Source: an uncultured Deinococcaceae bacterium (lineage in GTDB: Bacteria; Deinococcota; Deinococci; Deinococcales; Deinococcaceae). Taken from it: 49,803 nucleotides of DNA. A program made the translations under genes and the position numbers. The notes under the pieces are model-generated. The model did not search any database, was not told the origin of the DNA, and saw only the letters and a list, made by a program, of their open reading frames with translations. The DNA is taken from NCBI GenBank assembly GCA_964252075.1, contig CAXULY010000041.1, forward strand, positions 1 through 49,803, given 5' to 3'. Below are positions 1 to 12,366 of the stretch, piece after piece; the first letter of the stretch is position 1, and each line of letters begins with the position of its first letter.

Positions 1-22
1 TCGCCCGCTCACGGGCTCAGAA

Positions 23-51
23 AGAATAAACGCTCCCCCTCATCCTGTCAA
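23..51 (-). promoter_or_regulatory. Strong sigma70-type promoter firing out of the left edge of the window
   Basis: Minus strand TTGACA (51-46), 17-nt spacer, TATTCT (28-23). Confidence 0.7.
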
Positions 52-107
52 CCCCCAGGAAGGAGCGGACGGAAGAAGGTCCCTCCACCCGCTCCCAGCG
101 TCCGCCA

Positions 108-2369
108 TCAGCGCATCAGCCAGGCGAGCGCCGCCTTCACGAGCGCATCCCGACCCTGCGGCGCGAGGCCCTCCAGTCCAAAGCCCATGTTGACGGTGCG
201 GGCTTTCCCCACCTCATTCAGGACGATGGCGCCCGCAGGCGCGCCCGCCGACTGCGCGTTCACCTTCGGCTGCCGCGTGGCCTGCCCCTGCAGCGCACGG
301 CTCAGCAACTGGTTCAGCACCGTGCCCGCCACACGCTCCACCTGACCGCGCGCATCGCGCGTCTTCTGGCGTGCACGGTTCTTGTTCCTGTCCACCTTGA
401 TGCTCTGCGGCTGAATGGTGCCCGCTGTGGTGCCCTTCCCACCCCAGGTGGCGGCCAGCTGTGCGTTCCCGACGGGCGCGATCACGTCTGGGTACACCTG
501 ATTCTGCGCGCTGCCCGCGCCGTTCAGTGCGTAGGCCTGCCCGCCCAGCGCGCCCTGCACCGTGAAGCTCGTGGTGCCGCTGGAGTCCGCCACGAACTGA
601 CTGCCCAGCACCGTCTTGTAGAAGTCACTCGTGCCGATGTCGTAACCCACGTCCTGCCCCGTCACGAGCAGGCGCCCGCCGCCCGAGAGGTACGCGCGCA
701 GCGTCGCCTGCTCCTGCGCGCTGATGGTGCCGGTGTAGTTCTCGCCCGTCGCCCAGATAACCACCTGCGCCCGCTGCAGCTGATCGAGCGGCACGGTGCC
801 CTGCGTCTGGATGTCCCAGCGCAGGGGGCTGGTAGAGTTCGCGCGCAGCACGTCCCGCAGGGCGGCCGTCACGTCCGAGCCCTGGCCCTGATCGTCGTCC
901 ACGAGCAGCACGGTGGGCTTCGGAGCCACCTGCGCTGGCGTGGCGGGTGCCGGTGCGGGAGCGGGCGCCGCAGGTTGGGGAGCCGGGGCGGGCGCAGGGG
1001 ATGGTGCTGGCGTGGGCGTGGGCGCCGGGGCGGGAGCGGGTTGGGGGGCCTGCGCCTGCTGCACGTTCACGCCGAGTTTCGCGGCGGCCCCCGGCAGGTT
1101 CACCAGTCCGTACCCGCTCGTGTTGTTCTTCGCGCTCGCGTTGGAAGCACTCTGAAACAGGGCGCTCTTCAGGGCGTCCACACCTGTGCCTGGCTTGGCC
1201 GAGAGCAGCAGCGCCACCCCGCCCGCCACGATGGGCGCCGCCTGCGACGTGCCTGAGAGCGCCTCGTACCCGCCCGGCACGGACGACGTGATCTTGTCTC
1301 CGGGCGCCACGAGGTCCGGCTTCACGAAGGTCCCGGTGTACTCGCCCGTCCACTGCACGGGACCGCGGCTGGAGAAACCCGTGACGTTGCCCGCCTCATC
1401 TACCGCGCCCACGCCGATGGCGTCCGGGATGTTGCCGGGACTGCCCGTGCTGGCCGCGCCCGGCCCGAAGTTTCCCACCGAGAAGACCGGCACGACGCCC
1501 GCCTTGATCATGTTCTTCACGGGCTGCACGAACTCCTGGTAGGTGCCCTGCAGGCCCAGCGACATGCTCACCACGTTCGCGCCATCGTTCGTGGCGGCGT
1601 TGTTGTCCGGGTCCAGCACCCACTGCATGCCCGCAATGACCTCCGCGAAGGTGCCCTCGTTGTTCGGCAGCACCAGCGCGCTGATGACCTTCGCGTCCGG
1701 CGCGACCCCCACGTTCTTGCCGACCAGCAGGCCCGCCGTGTGCGTGCCGTGCTGCGCGCTGTCGTGCGCGCCGCTATTCACCCGGTTGCCGTTCGCGTCG
1801 AACTCCGCGAAGGCCAGGAGCTTCCCGGCGAGCTCCGGGCTGTTCGGGTCGATGCCCGTGTCGAGGTGACCGATGCGCACGCCCTGCCCCTTGAAGCCCG
1901 CCGCCCACAACTGCGGCGCGCCGATCTTCGAGAGGTGCCACGGGGTGCCCGCCGGAGCGGACGACTGGCTGAGCGCCACGGCCTTCGGGATGCGGACGGG
2001 GAAATTCTCGAAGACCTGATCCACCACGGGCAGCAACGCGAGCGCCTGCGCCTGGAGCGGCGTCGCCTTGATGAAGATGGACTGGTCCAGCCACAGCTGG
2101 CTGAAGTTCTGGTTCTGCTTCAGCGCCCGGTTCACGAAACCCGCCAGCGGCCCCAGCTGCCCGAGTGCCGTCTGCAGCTGCGCCCGCAGGCTCTTGAAGA
2201 GGTCCCGTCCGCCCGGCTTGTCCTGAATTCTGAACCGCACAATGATGCTGACCGTCTGGTTGGGGCCCGTGACGAGCTTCTTCTGCAGGTCCGGCGAGAG
2301 CCGCCCCGCGCTGGCGTTCGTCGCCGCGAGGACCGCAAGGGCCACGCTGAGGCCGATGAGCTTGTTCAT
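108..2369 (-). CDS. Secreted S8 (subtilisin-like) serine protease with propeptide, Pro/Ala linker and C-terminal alpha/beta domain
   Basis: Signal peptide; catalytic motifs HLDTG, HGTHTAG, GTSQAAP; oxyanion Asn in SVGN; PAPA-rich linker. Confidence 0.93.
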   Translation of the reverse strand: MNKLIGLSVALAVLAATNASAGRLSPDLQKKLVTGPNQTVSIIVRFRIQDKPGGRDLFKSLRAQLQTALGQLGPLAGFVNRALKQNQNFSQLWLDQSIFIKATPLQAQALALLPVVDQVFENFPVRIPKAVALSQSSAPAGTPWHLSKIGAPQLWAAGFKGQGVRIGHLDTGIDPNSPELAGKLLAFAEFDANGNRVNSGAHDSAQHGTHTAGLLVGKNVGVAPDAKVISALVLPNNEGTFAEVIAGMQWVLDPDNNAATNDGANVVSMSLGLQGTYQEFVQPVKNMIKAGVVPVFSVGNFGPGAASTGSPGNIPDAIGVGAVDEAGNVTGFSSRGPVQWTGEYTGTFVKPDLVAPGDKITSSVPGGYEALSGTSQAAPIVAGGVALLLSAKPGTGVDALKSALFQSASNASAKNNTSGYGLVNLPGAAAKLGVNVQQAQAPQPAPAPAPTPTPAPSPAPAPAPQPAAPAPAPAPATPAQVAPKPTVLLVDDDQGQGSDVTAALRDVLRANSTSPLRWDIQTQGTVPLDQLQRAQVVIWATGENYTGTISAQEQATLRAYLSGGGRLLVTGQDVGYDIGTSDFYKTVLGSQFVADSSGTTSFTVQGALGGQAYALNGAGSAQNQVYPDVIAPVGNAQLAATWGGKGTTAGTIQPQSIKVDRNKNRARQKTRDARGQVERVAGTVLNQLLSRALQGQATRQPKVNAQSAGAPAGAIVLNEVGKARTVNMGFGLEGLAPQGRDALVKAALAWLMR

Positions 2370-2565
2370 GGCCGCACTCTAGACGCGCGAGCTTTCCCGC
2401 CCCTGAAGTCATTGTGAACAACACTTGAGTTGGCGTCAGGCGCCCATCAGGCAGGAAACAGGGCCGCAGAGGCACGTGAGTTGGAGGGGCGGAGGGGAGC
2501 CCCTAGGCCCGACGCAAGGCAATTACCCCTATTCCCATAGGAGACGGGCGGCGAATGAATCCGGC

Positions 2566-2596
2566 AAAAAGACAGCCCCCGCGTGCGCGGGGGCTG
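2566..2596 (-). terminator. Intrinsic terminator after aceF
   Basis: CAGCCCCCGCG/CGCGGGGGCTG stem followed by TCTTTTT on the minus strand. Confidence 0.8.
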
Positions 2597-2610
2597 AATG
2601 CAGGCGTCCT

Positions 2611-4383
2611 TTACAGGGAGATCAGGAAGGGGTCTTCAAGGCTCTCGCAGATGAAGCGCACGAAGCGCGCGGCGTCCGCGCCGTCAATGAGGCGGTGGTC
2701 GTAGGTGAGGCTGACGGGCAGCATGTTGCGCGGCTCGAAGCTGCCCGTCTCCTTGTTCCACACGGGCTCGAAGCCGCCGCGCGAGACGCCCAAGATGGCG
2801 ACCTCCGGGTGGTTCACGATGGGCGTGAACGCGTGCCCGCCGATGCCGCCGAGGTTTGAGATGGTGAAGCTCGCGCCCTGCATCTCGTCGGGCTTCAGCT
2901 TGCGGTCGCGGGCCTTCGCGGCGATCTCGCCGATCTCGACGGCCATCTCCGTGATGCTCTTGCGGTCCGCGTCACGCAGGACGGGCACCAGCAGGCCGTT
3001 CGGGGTGTCCACCGCGACGCCCAGCGAGATGTAGTCCTTGAAGATCACGGTGTTCTTCTCGACGTCGATGCTGGCGTTGAACTTCGGGAAGCGGCGCAGG
3101 GCGTTCGCGACGACCTTCATCAGGATGACGGTCATGGTGAGCTTGCCGCCCGCCTTCTCGACGCGCGCGCCGAAGGCCTTGCGGGCCTCTTCCATGCGCG
3201 TCACGTCCGCCTTGTCGAAGTGCGTGACCATGGGGATGTGCGTCCAGGCGCCCGTCATGGAGCGCACGGTGGCCTTGCGGATGCCACTCATGTCCTCAAC
3301 GCGCACCGGGCCCCACTTGCTGAAGTCGGGCAGGGCGAGCGGCGCGAGGCCAGCCGCGGCCGCGGCAGGGGCGGCGGTGGGTGCGGTGGCGGCCTGCGGC
3401 GCAGCCTCCGTGACGCTGGGCGTTCCGGCGGTGCGGCGCACGTCCTCCTCGCTGATGCGGCCCGCGATGCCCGTGCCGTGCACCGCGTGGATGTCCACGC
3501 CGATCTCGCGCGCGAGGCGGCGCACGCTGGGCGCGGCAGGCACGATCTGGCGCCCATCGAAGGTCTGCGCGGCGCGCGGCGGGGTGGCCGGGGCGGCGGG
3601 CGCGGGCGTGCCGCCCTGCGCCTGCGCTTTCTGCGCCTGCTGCTGCTCGCCGCCCACCTGCTTCGCGGTGCCCGCGTCGGGCGCGGTGGTGGTCGCCTCG
3701 TCCATCTCGCCCTGACCGGACTGGCCGGGCGCGGGGCCACGGTCCACGGCGGTCTGCGGCGTGGGGCCGCTGGCCGGAGCGCCGCCCGCGAGGGTGAGGA
3801 GCACGCCGCCGATCTTCACGGTGTCGCCCTCCTTCACGCGCACGTCCACGACGGTGCCCGCCGCGTTCGCGGGCACCTCCACGACCGCCTTGTCCGTCTC
3901 GATCTCGATGACGGGCTGACCGGCGGTGATGGTGTCCCCGGCCTTCACGAGCACGTTCACGACGGTGCCCTGCTCGATGTTGTCCCCGACTTCCGGCAGC
4001 GTGACCTCGGTCGCGCCGCCCGACGGAGCTGCTGGGGCCTGGGGCGCCGGGGCGCTCGCCTGCGGCGCGGGTGCCTGGGCCTGCGGGGCTGCGGGTTGCG
4101 CTGCTACCTGCGGCTGGGCGGCGGGCTGCGACGGGGCGCTCTCCCCTCCCCCGCTCAGGGTGAGGATGGTGCCGCCCACGGGCACGCTGTCCCCCTCCTT
4201 CACGCGCACCTCGGCCACGGTGCCCGCGTCGCTGGCGGGCACCTCCACCACGGCCTTGTCCGTCTCGATCTCGATGATCGCCTGGCCCGCCGTGATGGTG
4301 TCGCCGGGCTTCACCAGCACGCTCACCACCGTGCCCTGCTCGATGTTGTCGCCCACTTCGGGGAGTTTCACTTCAGTTGCCAT
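2611..4383 (-). CDS. aceF: Pyruvate dehydrogenase E2, dihydrolipoamide acetyltransferase with two lipoyl domains
   Basis: Two ETDKA lipoyl motifs, E3-binding [15 protein letters not shown], catalytic DHRLIDG; follows aceE. Confidence 0.96.
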   Translation of the reverse strand: MATEVKLPEVGDNIEQGTVVSVLVKPGDTITAGQAIIEIETDKAVVEVPASDAGTVAEVRVKEGDSVPVGGTILTLSGGGESAPSQPAAQPQVAAQPAAPQAQAPAPQASAPAPQAPAAPSGGATEVTLPEVGDNIEQGTVVNVLVKAGDTITAGQPVIEIETDKAVVEVPANAAGTVVDVRVKEGDTVKIGGVLLTLAGGAPASGPTPQTAVDRGPAPGQSGQGEMDEATTTAPDAGTAKQVGGEQQQAQKAQAQGGTPAPAAPATPPRAAQTFDGRQIVPAAPSVRRLAREIGVDIHAVHGTGIAGRISEEDVRRTAGTPSVTEAAPQAATAPTAAPAAAAAGLAPLALPDFSKWGPVRVEDMSGIRKATVRSMTGAWTHIPMVTHFDKADVTRMEEARKAFGARVEKAGGKLTMTVILMKVVANALRRFPKFNASIDVEKNTVIFKDYISLGVAVDTPNGLLVPVLRDADRKSITEMAVEIGEIAAKARDRKLKPDEMQGASFTISNLGGIGGHAFTPIVNHPEVAILGVSRGGFEPVWNKETGSFEPRNMLPVSLTYDHRLIDGADAARFVRFICESLEDPFLISL

Positions 4384-4470
4384 GCATGGACTCCTTGATC
4401 GTCGCTGTGCGTTTCAGGGCGCGGCCAGCGGCGCAGCGCTTCAAGCTTACGCCCGCTGGCCGTGCCGGGT

Positions 4471-7182
<2,712 letters not shown>

Positions 7183-7367
7183 GCGTGCATTCCTCCTGAA
7201 GAGACGAACGGTGTGCGTCAGCTTTCATCATCGCCTGAGCGCTTCAGGGTCAGATGACCGCGCCCCTAACAGCCGTTCGTGTGCCCATTCAGTGTAGGTC
7301 AGGCATTACCGTATAAAAAGAGCGCGCGGTGATGGCATTCACCACTGCCGCTGGTGAATACTGAAGT

Positions 7368-8255
7368 GTGGAGTTGCGGCAACTGCGGCATTTCGTGGCG
7401 CTCGCCGAGGAGGAGCATTTCGGGCGGGCCGCCGAGCGGGTTTTCGTGGTGCAGCAGGCGCTGTCGAGCAGCATCCGGCACCTGGAGGACGAGGTGGGCG
7501 TGCCGCTGGTGCTGCGCACCACGCGCCGCGTGCGCCTCACGCCCGCCGGGCAGGAGTTCCTGGCGGGCGCGCGCGAGACCCTGCGCCTCGCGGAGCGCAC
7601 GGTGGAGCGCGCGCGGCAGGCGGCGCGCGGCGAGGTGGGGCGGCTGCGCGTGGGTTTCGTGAGCGGCATGGTGTTCGGCGGCCTGCCGGAAGTCGTGCGG
7701 ACCTTCCGCGAGCGCTACCCGAACGTCGCGGTGGAGCTGCGTGAACTGACGGCGAGCGAGCAGGAGGCGGCGCTGCGCGCGCAGATCATTGACGTGGGCC
7801 TCATGCTGCTGCCCGTGCGCGACCCCGCCTTCGCGCACGAGGCGCTGTGGCAAGAAGAGCTGGTGGTTGCGCTGCCCGCCCGCCACCCCCTTGCGCGCCG
7901 CAAGCGCCTGAGCGTGCTGGACCTCGCGCACGAGAACTTCGTGTTCTTCCCGAGGCAGGTGCGCGCCACGTACTTCGATCAGGTGATGGCGCTGTGCGCG
8001 CAGCACGGCTTCCAGCCGCGCATCGTGCAGGAGGCCATCGAGGTGCCCACCTTATTGAGCCTCGTCGCGGCGGGCATCGGGGTGTTCCTGCCCATTCAGT
8101 TCTTCTCGCGCCTGGGGCTGCCCGGCGTGGTGTACCGACCCCTCACGGACTCCCCCACCGTGGAGATTGACGCGGTGTGGCGCCGCAGCGACCTGAGCCC
8201 CACCGTGCACGCCTTCCTGAACGTGGGCCGCGAGGTGCTGCTGAAGCAGGACTAG
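7368..8255 (+). CDS. LysR-family transcriptional regulator, divergent from aceE
   Basis: N-terminal [28 protein letters not shown]; 295 aa; GTG start. Confidence 0.95.
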   Translation: MELRQLRHFVALAEEEHFGRAAERVFVVQQALSSSIRHLEDEVGVPLVLRTTRRVRLTPAGQEFLAGARETLRLAERTVERARQAARGEVGRLRVGFVSGMVFGGLPEVVRTFRERYPNVAVELRELTASEQEAALRAQIIDVGLMLLPVRDPAFAHEALWQEELVVALPARHPLARRKRLSVLDLAHENFVFFPRQVRATYFDQVMALCAQHGFQPRIVQEAIEVPTLLSLVAAGIGVFLPIQFFSRLGLPGVVYRPLTDSPTVEIDAVWRRSDLSPTVHAFLNVGREVLLKQD

Positions 8256-8722
8256 GCGGGACCGAGCGGCTGGTCGTGCGCTTCGGCGATCGCGTTGGCA
8301 CGCTGCAGGAAATCCAGAATGACCTGCAGCGCGGCTTCGTTATAGGCGTTCAGGAGCGCCTCGGTGCGCTGCAGCAGCGGACCGAAGGCGGCGTTCAGGT
8401 GGGCGTCCCCGCCGTGGTCGCGTTCCAGGATGACGCGGCGCCGGTCATGGGGGTCGCGGACGCGGCGCAGGTGTCCCGCGCGCTCCAGGCGGTCGGCCAT
8501 GCCGGTGATGGCGCCGCTGGTCAGGCCGGTGTATCCGGCGAGTTCCCCGGCGGTCATGGGTCCGTGGCGGTCCAGCAGGTCCAGCGCTTTGTGGTCGCTG
8601 GGGCTCAGGCCGAGACGTTCGGCCATCGCGGCGTGCATCAGGACCGCGCGGGTGCTGCTCTCGCGCAGCGCCTGCAGGATGGCGGCCTGGAGTTCCGTGC
8701 GGTGTTCAGCCTGACTTGACAG
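8252..8722 (-). CDS. MarR-family regulator (probable CTG start at 8722; first in-frame ATG at 8638)
   Basis: w[26 protein letters not shown] wing; AGGAGG RBS 8 nt before the in-frame CTG. Confidence 0.85.
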   Translation of the reverse strand: MSSQAEHRTELQAAILQALRESSTRAVLMHAAMAERLGLSPSDHKALDLLDRHGPMTAGELAGYTGLTSGAITGMADRLERAGHLRRVRDPHDRRRVILERDHGGDAHLNAAFGPLLQRTEALLNAYNEAALQVILDFLQRANAIAEAHDQPLGPA

Positions 8723-8824
8723 AGAAGCAGCCTCCTGCTTTAGTAGGGTAAATATCTTAGTTTAGTGAAATAAACGTCTTGGCCGACTCAGGCAGTTTAT
8801 CACCCACATCCGAGGAGGAAGACC

Positions 8825-9295
8825 ATGAGTGCCACCCCCGCCGCACCACCCACTGGCCAGGCCAGCATTGAAGAGTTGTTCCGTGGCCTGACCGAGAGCT
8901 GGACGCGCAGCGACGCCAACGCGTACGGCGCCCTCTTCTCCGAGGACGCCGACTATGTCGCCTTCGACGGCAGCCACCAGCGGGGACGCCCAGCCATCAC
9001 GCAGGCGCACCGCGCGCTGTTCGAGGGACCGCTGCGCGGCTCACGCCTGGAGGGCACACTCACCGACCTGCGCTTTCTGACGCCCGACGTGGCGGTCCTG
9101 CACGCGCTGGGCAACACGGCCCTCGCGTGGCAGCGGCGCTTCAACCCGCGGCGGCGCTCCATTCAGACCTACGTCGCGCAGCGGGTGAGCGGCGAGTGGC
9201 GCTTCGTGGCCTTCCACAACACCCGCGTGCGGCCCATTACGCCCCTCCAGCGCCGGGTGTTTGCGCTGCTGCTGAGGTTGCGACCCCAGCGCTGA
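8825..9295 (+). CDS. NTF2-like/SnoaL-like (SgcJ/EcaC-type, DUF4440) protein
   Basis: W..GDA..Y..LF..DADYV.FDG...GR..I...H pattern, C-terminal WRFVAFHNT; GAGGAGG RBS; divergent from MarR. Confidence 0.85.
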   Translation: MSATPAAPPTGQASIEELFRGLTESWTRSDANAYGALFSEDADYVAFDGSHQRGRPAITQAHRALFEGPLRGSRLEGTLTDLRFLTPDVAVLHALGNTALAWQRRFNPRRRSIQTYVAQRVSGEWRFVAFHNTRVRPITPLQRRVFALLLRLRPQR

Positions 9296-9367
9296 TCAGG
9301 GACGCACGGCGGCCGCGAGGCGCGCTTACACTTTCGCGGGCGCGCCGGGCGCACAATACAGCCCTCC

Positions 9368-9826
9368 ATGAAGGACCTGGGCACGAACACGCCCGACCTG
9401 GGCGAACTGATGGGTTTCGGGGAACCGCCCGCGTACACCCGCACGGCGGTGCTGGGCGCCGCGCTCCTGTCCATCCTGGGGGGGCTGGCGCACGCGGTGC
9501 TGGGCGCCATCGACCTGAACGCCCGGCTGTGGCCCGCGATGCTGTACCTGGGCCTGGACGCCGCGCTCTTCGTGTTCGGCATCCTGCTGCTGATCCGCTT
9601 CGTGGAGGCGCGCGACGCCATGACGGACCCCTCACCGCGCGTGCGGATGTACGACCGGCACGAACGCACCACGTACCTGGGGGGCCTCGCGGGCGCGCTC
9701 GCCTGCCTGCTCGCGGGGCTGCTGTGGCTGGGCGCGGTGCGGTGGGGGCCGTGGCACCTGCTGCCGGGCGCCGTCACGGTCCTGACCGCCTGGGCGTACC
9801 TGCGGTTGTGGCGCGCGAAGCGCTGA
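9368..9826 (+). CDS. Hypothetical membrane protein (about 4 TM helices)
   Basis: Four hydrophobic segments; GC3-rich codon usage. Confidence 0.7.
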   Translation: MKDLGTNTPDLGELMGFGEPPAYTRTAVLGAALLSILGGLAHAVLGAIDLNARLWPAMLYLGLDAALFVFGILLLIRFVEARDAMTDPSPRVRMYDRHERTTYLGGLAGALACLLAGLLWLGAVRWGPWHLLPGAVTVLTAWAYLRLWRAKR

Positions 9827-9836
9827 GCGTCCCCCC

Positions 9837-10673
9837 TCACACGAGGGCGCTGGCGGTGCTGGCGCGGCGCGGGATGGGCAGCGCGTCCGCCCGGCCGCTC
9901 AGGTAGCGCGCCTCGGCCGCCTCGGGCGTCAGCAGCTCCACCCGCGTGAAGCCCAGGTCCAGCAGCTGCGCCGTGAGCTGCTCGGGCGTCACGTGCGTGA
10001 GCCACGGCTCGCCCAGCGCCCGCGCGCGCTCCGCCAGTGGGGAGGAGTGGGCGCGCGGTTGCGAGAAGGTAAACACCAGTTCGCTGGACGCCGGCAGGGA
10101 CGCCACCCAGCGGAACACCGCCTCCACGGCGTCCGGCGTGAGGTACGTCATGACGCCCAACCACGATACGAAGGTGGGCCGCGCCGGGTCGAAGCCGCTG
10201 CCCTGCAGGCCCGCCGCGAGCCCCGTCGTCTCGAAGTCGATGGGCACGAAGGTGAGGTTCGTGGGCAGCGGCACGCCCGCCCGCGCGAGCCGCTCGCGCT
10301 TGAGGTGCTGGCTGGCGGGCTGGTCCACCTCGAACACCCGCAGGTCGCCAGCCCACACGGGCTGGCGGTACGCGAAGGTGTCGAGGCCCGCGCCGAGCAC
10401 CACCAGCTGCCGCACGCCGCGCACGGTGGCCGCGTGCAGGCGGTCCTCGGCGTACCGGCTGCGCAGCACGACGTGCGTGCGCAGGGCGCGCGCCTCCGCC
10501 GACTGGAAGTGCTCCGCGTGCCCTTCGATGGCCTCCCGCGCGCCGGGGTCCAGCAGCGTGAGGCTCACGGGGTCGTCAAGGATGCTGGGGCGCGCGTCCA
10601 GCAGCAGGTGCGCGGCGCGCAGCGCGGCCACACCGAGCGCGGTGCGGCTGGCGGGGCGTTCAGGGTCACTCAC
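9837..10673 (-). CDS. SAM-dependent methyltransferase, leucine carboxyl methyltransferase (LCM)-like family
   Basis: SRTALGVAALRA start, QLVVLGAGLDT motif I, FEVDQP, WLGVMTYL; start reassigned to GTG 10673. Confidence 0.9.
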   Translation of the reverse strand: MSDPERPASRTALGVAALRAAHLLLDARPSILDDPVSLTLLDPGAREAIEGHAEHFQSAEARALRTHVVLRSRYAEDRLHAATVRGVRQLVVLGAGLDTFAYRQPVWAGDLRVFEVDQPASQHLKRERLARAGVPLPTNLTFVPIDFETTGLAAGLQGSGFDPARPTFVSWLGVMTYLTPDAVEAVFRWVASLPASSELVFTFSQPRAHSSPLAERARALGEPWLTHVTPEQLTAQLLDLGFTRVELLTPEAAEARYLSGRADALPIPRRASTASALV

Positions 10674-10731
10674 GCCCCCATGCTGCGCCGCCCACTGGCT
10701 TCCCCGGTACTGAGTTTTGTCACCCGGCGGC

Positions 10732-11184
10732 TTACCGGCCCCGCTGCGCCTGTCCCAACGCGTACTGCCCCACCCCACCCGCTGCGTCGAACTTCGCCTG
10801 AAGGTCGGCGCGCGCTTCCTGCGGCGTGCTGGCGGAGTCGCCGGGCAGGGTGTGCGCGTAGACCTCCAGGGCGTCCGGGTACCCGTCCCCGTCCGCGTCC
10901 GCCTGGTCCTTCAGCACCCCGTAGAGGGCCTGATCGAAGGTCAGCTGCGGGTCGCTGCCGAGCTTCCGGACGAGTTCCTGCCCGAAGGCGTTCCAGGGCG
11001 CGCCGCCCGCGCGCTTCACGTGGCAGAAGGTGCAGTCCATGGTGATGCGGCTCCACGTGGGGCCCGCGTAGTGCAGCTGCCTGATGGCCTGCAGGCGGTA
11101 CTGCGGCATGGCGGTGGCCATCGTGGCGAGCAGCGCGCCGCCCGCCAGCGTGAAGGCCGCCCCGAGCAGCGCCCGGCGCTTCAC
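10732..11184 (-). CDS. Small exported protein with single CxxCH heme-c motif and DxDxDG Ca-binding-like motif
   Basis: Signal peptide [31 protein letters not shown] overlap with the DUF1501 stop. Confidence 0.75.
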   Translation of the reverse strand: MKRRALLGAAFTLAGGALLATMATAMPQYRLQAIRQLHYAGPTWSRITMDCTFCHVKRAGGAPWNAFGQELVRKLGSDPQLTFDQALYGVLKDQADADGDGYPDALEVYAHTLPGDSASTPQEARADLQAKFDAAGGVGQYALGQAQRGR

Positions 11185-12350
11185 GCGAGCCACGCGGGAC
11201 CCTTAAAGTCGCCGCCCAGGATCTCGCCGGGGTTCAGGCCCAGCCAGCCGCGCAGCGCCTCGGCGTACACGCCGCGGAAGTCCTGCCTGTACACGATGTC
11301 CCCCTGGTTGAGTTTCTCGAGGTCCGGGCTGTCCCCGTGCACGCCGCCCTTCACGTGCCGCCCGAGCGCGAACATCACGCTGCCCTCGCCGTGGTCGGTG
11401 CCGCCCGAGCCGTTCTCCGCGACGCGCCGACCGAACTCCGAGAAGCCCATCACGACCACCTTCTCCGCGAGGCCCTGCGCTTCCAGGTCTGCCTGGAAGG
11501 CCACGAGGCCGCCCGCGAGTTCCGCGAGGAGGCGGTCCTGGTTCGCGCGCTGCCCGGCGTGCGTGTCGAAATTCCCGAGGCTGGTGTACAGGATGCGCTG
11601 CCCCGTGCCCGCCGCGATGAGCCGCGCAATGTCGCGGAGTTGCGCGGCGAACGCCCCCTCCGGGTACTTCGCGCCCGCCCGGTACCGCCCGATGCCCCGC
11701 TGCACGCGCGCGGTGTTCGTGAGCATCTGGCGCGTGGCGCGCTGCAGGTACGCCACCTCGCCGCTGCGCGGGGCGTCCATCATCTGCGCGAAGGCGCCCT
11801 GCATGCCCTGCGGGAGTTTCAGCTGAAAGTGGTCGAGGCTGTCAATGCTGGGCGACACGAAGTCCGGCCCGATCAGCGCCTGCGGGGTGGTCGTGCCGAG
11901 GTTGCTGGCGCAGAAGGGGTCCCCGATCTTCTGCGCGATGCGCCCGATCCAGCCGTCCTTCTCGGCCTGCGCGGGGTCCGCGGTGTGCCAGATCGCCATG
12001 CTCGCGAAGTGACTGCGGTTGGGGTTCGGGTACCCGACGTTCTCCAGCCACGCGAGGTGCCCGTCGTCCCACAGCGCCGTGAGGGGCTTCAGGCTGGGGT
12101 GCATGCCGAGGTCGGCGGTGAGGTTCAGCACGTCGCTGCGCGGAATGGCGATGCCGGGCCGCGCGGCGTAGTACGCGCCGTTGCTGAAGGGCACGAGGGT
12201 GTTCAGGCCGTCGTTGCCGCCCGTGAGTTGAATGACGACCAGCACCTGGTCACCGCCCGCCCGCGCGGCGGCGCGCGCGAGGAAGCCCGGCATGCCGCTG
12301 GTGAGGGAGAGGGCGAGCGCGGAGAGTTTGAGGAATTCACGTCGGTCCAT
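11181..12350 (-). CDS. DUF1501-family protein with twin-arginine (Tat) signal
   Basis: MDRREFLK Tat motif; [29 protein letters not shown] motifs. Confidence 0.9.
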   Translation of the reverse strand: MDRREFLKLSALALSLTSGMPGFLARAAARAGGDQVLVVIQLTGGNDGLNTLVPFSNGAYYAARPGIAIPRSDVLNLTADLGMHPSLKPLTALWDDGHLAWLENVGYPNPNRSHFASMAIWHTADPAQAEKDGWIGRIAQKIGDPFCASNLGTTTPQALIGPDFVSPSIDSLDHFQLKLPQGMQGAFAQMMDAPRSGEVAYLQRATRQMLTNTARVQRGIGRYRAGAKYPEGAFAAQLRDIARLIAAGTGQRILYTSLGNFDTHAGQRANQDRLLAELAGGLVAFQADLEAQGLAEKVVVMGFSEFGRRVAENGSGGTDHGEGSVMFALGRHVKGGVHGDSPDLEKLNQGDIVYRQDFRGVYAEALRGWLGLNPGEILGGDFKGPAWLA

Positions 12351-12366
12351 GGGGTCTCCCTGGCCC

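Noticed and set aside
920..1060. Repetitive GC-rich tract
   Set aside because: Encodes the Pro/Ala linker of the protease; not a CRISPR array or mobile repeat
7221..7235. Hammerhead-like GAUGA..GAAA string in the aceE leader
   Set aside because: Lacks the CUGANGA core and an intervening stem II
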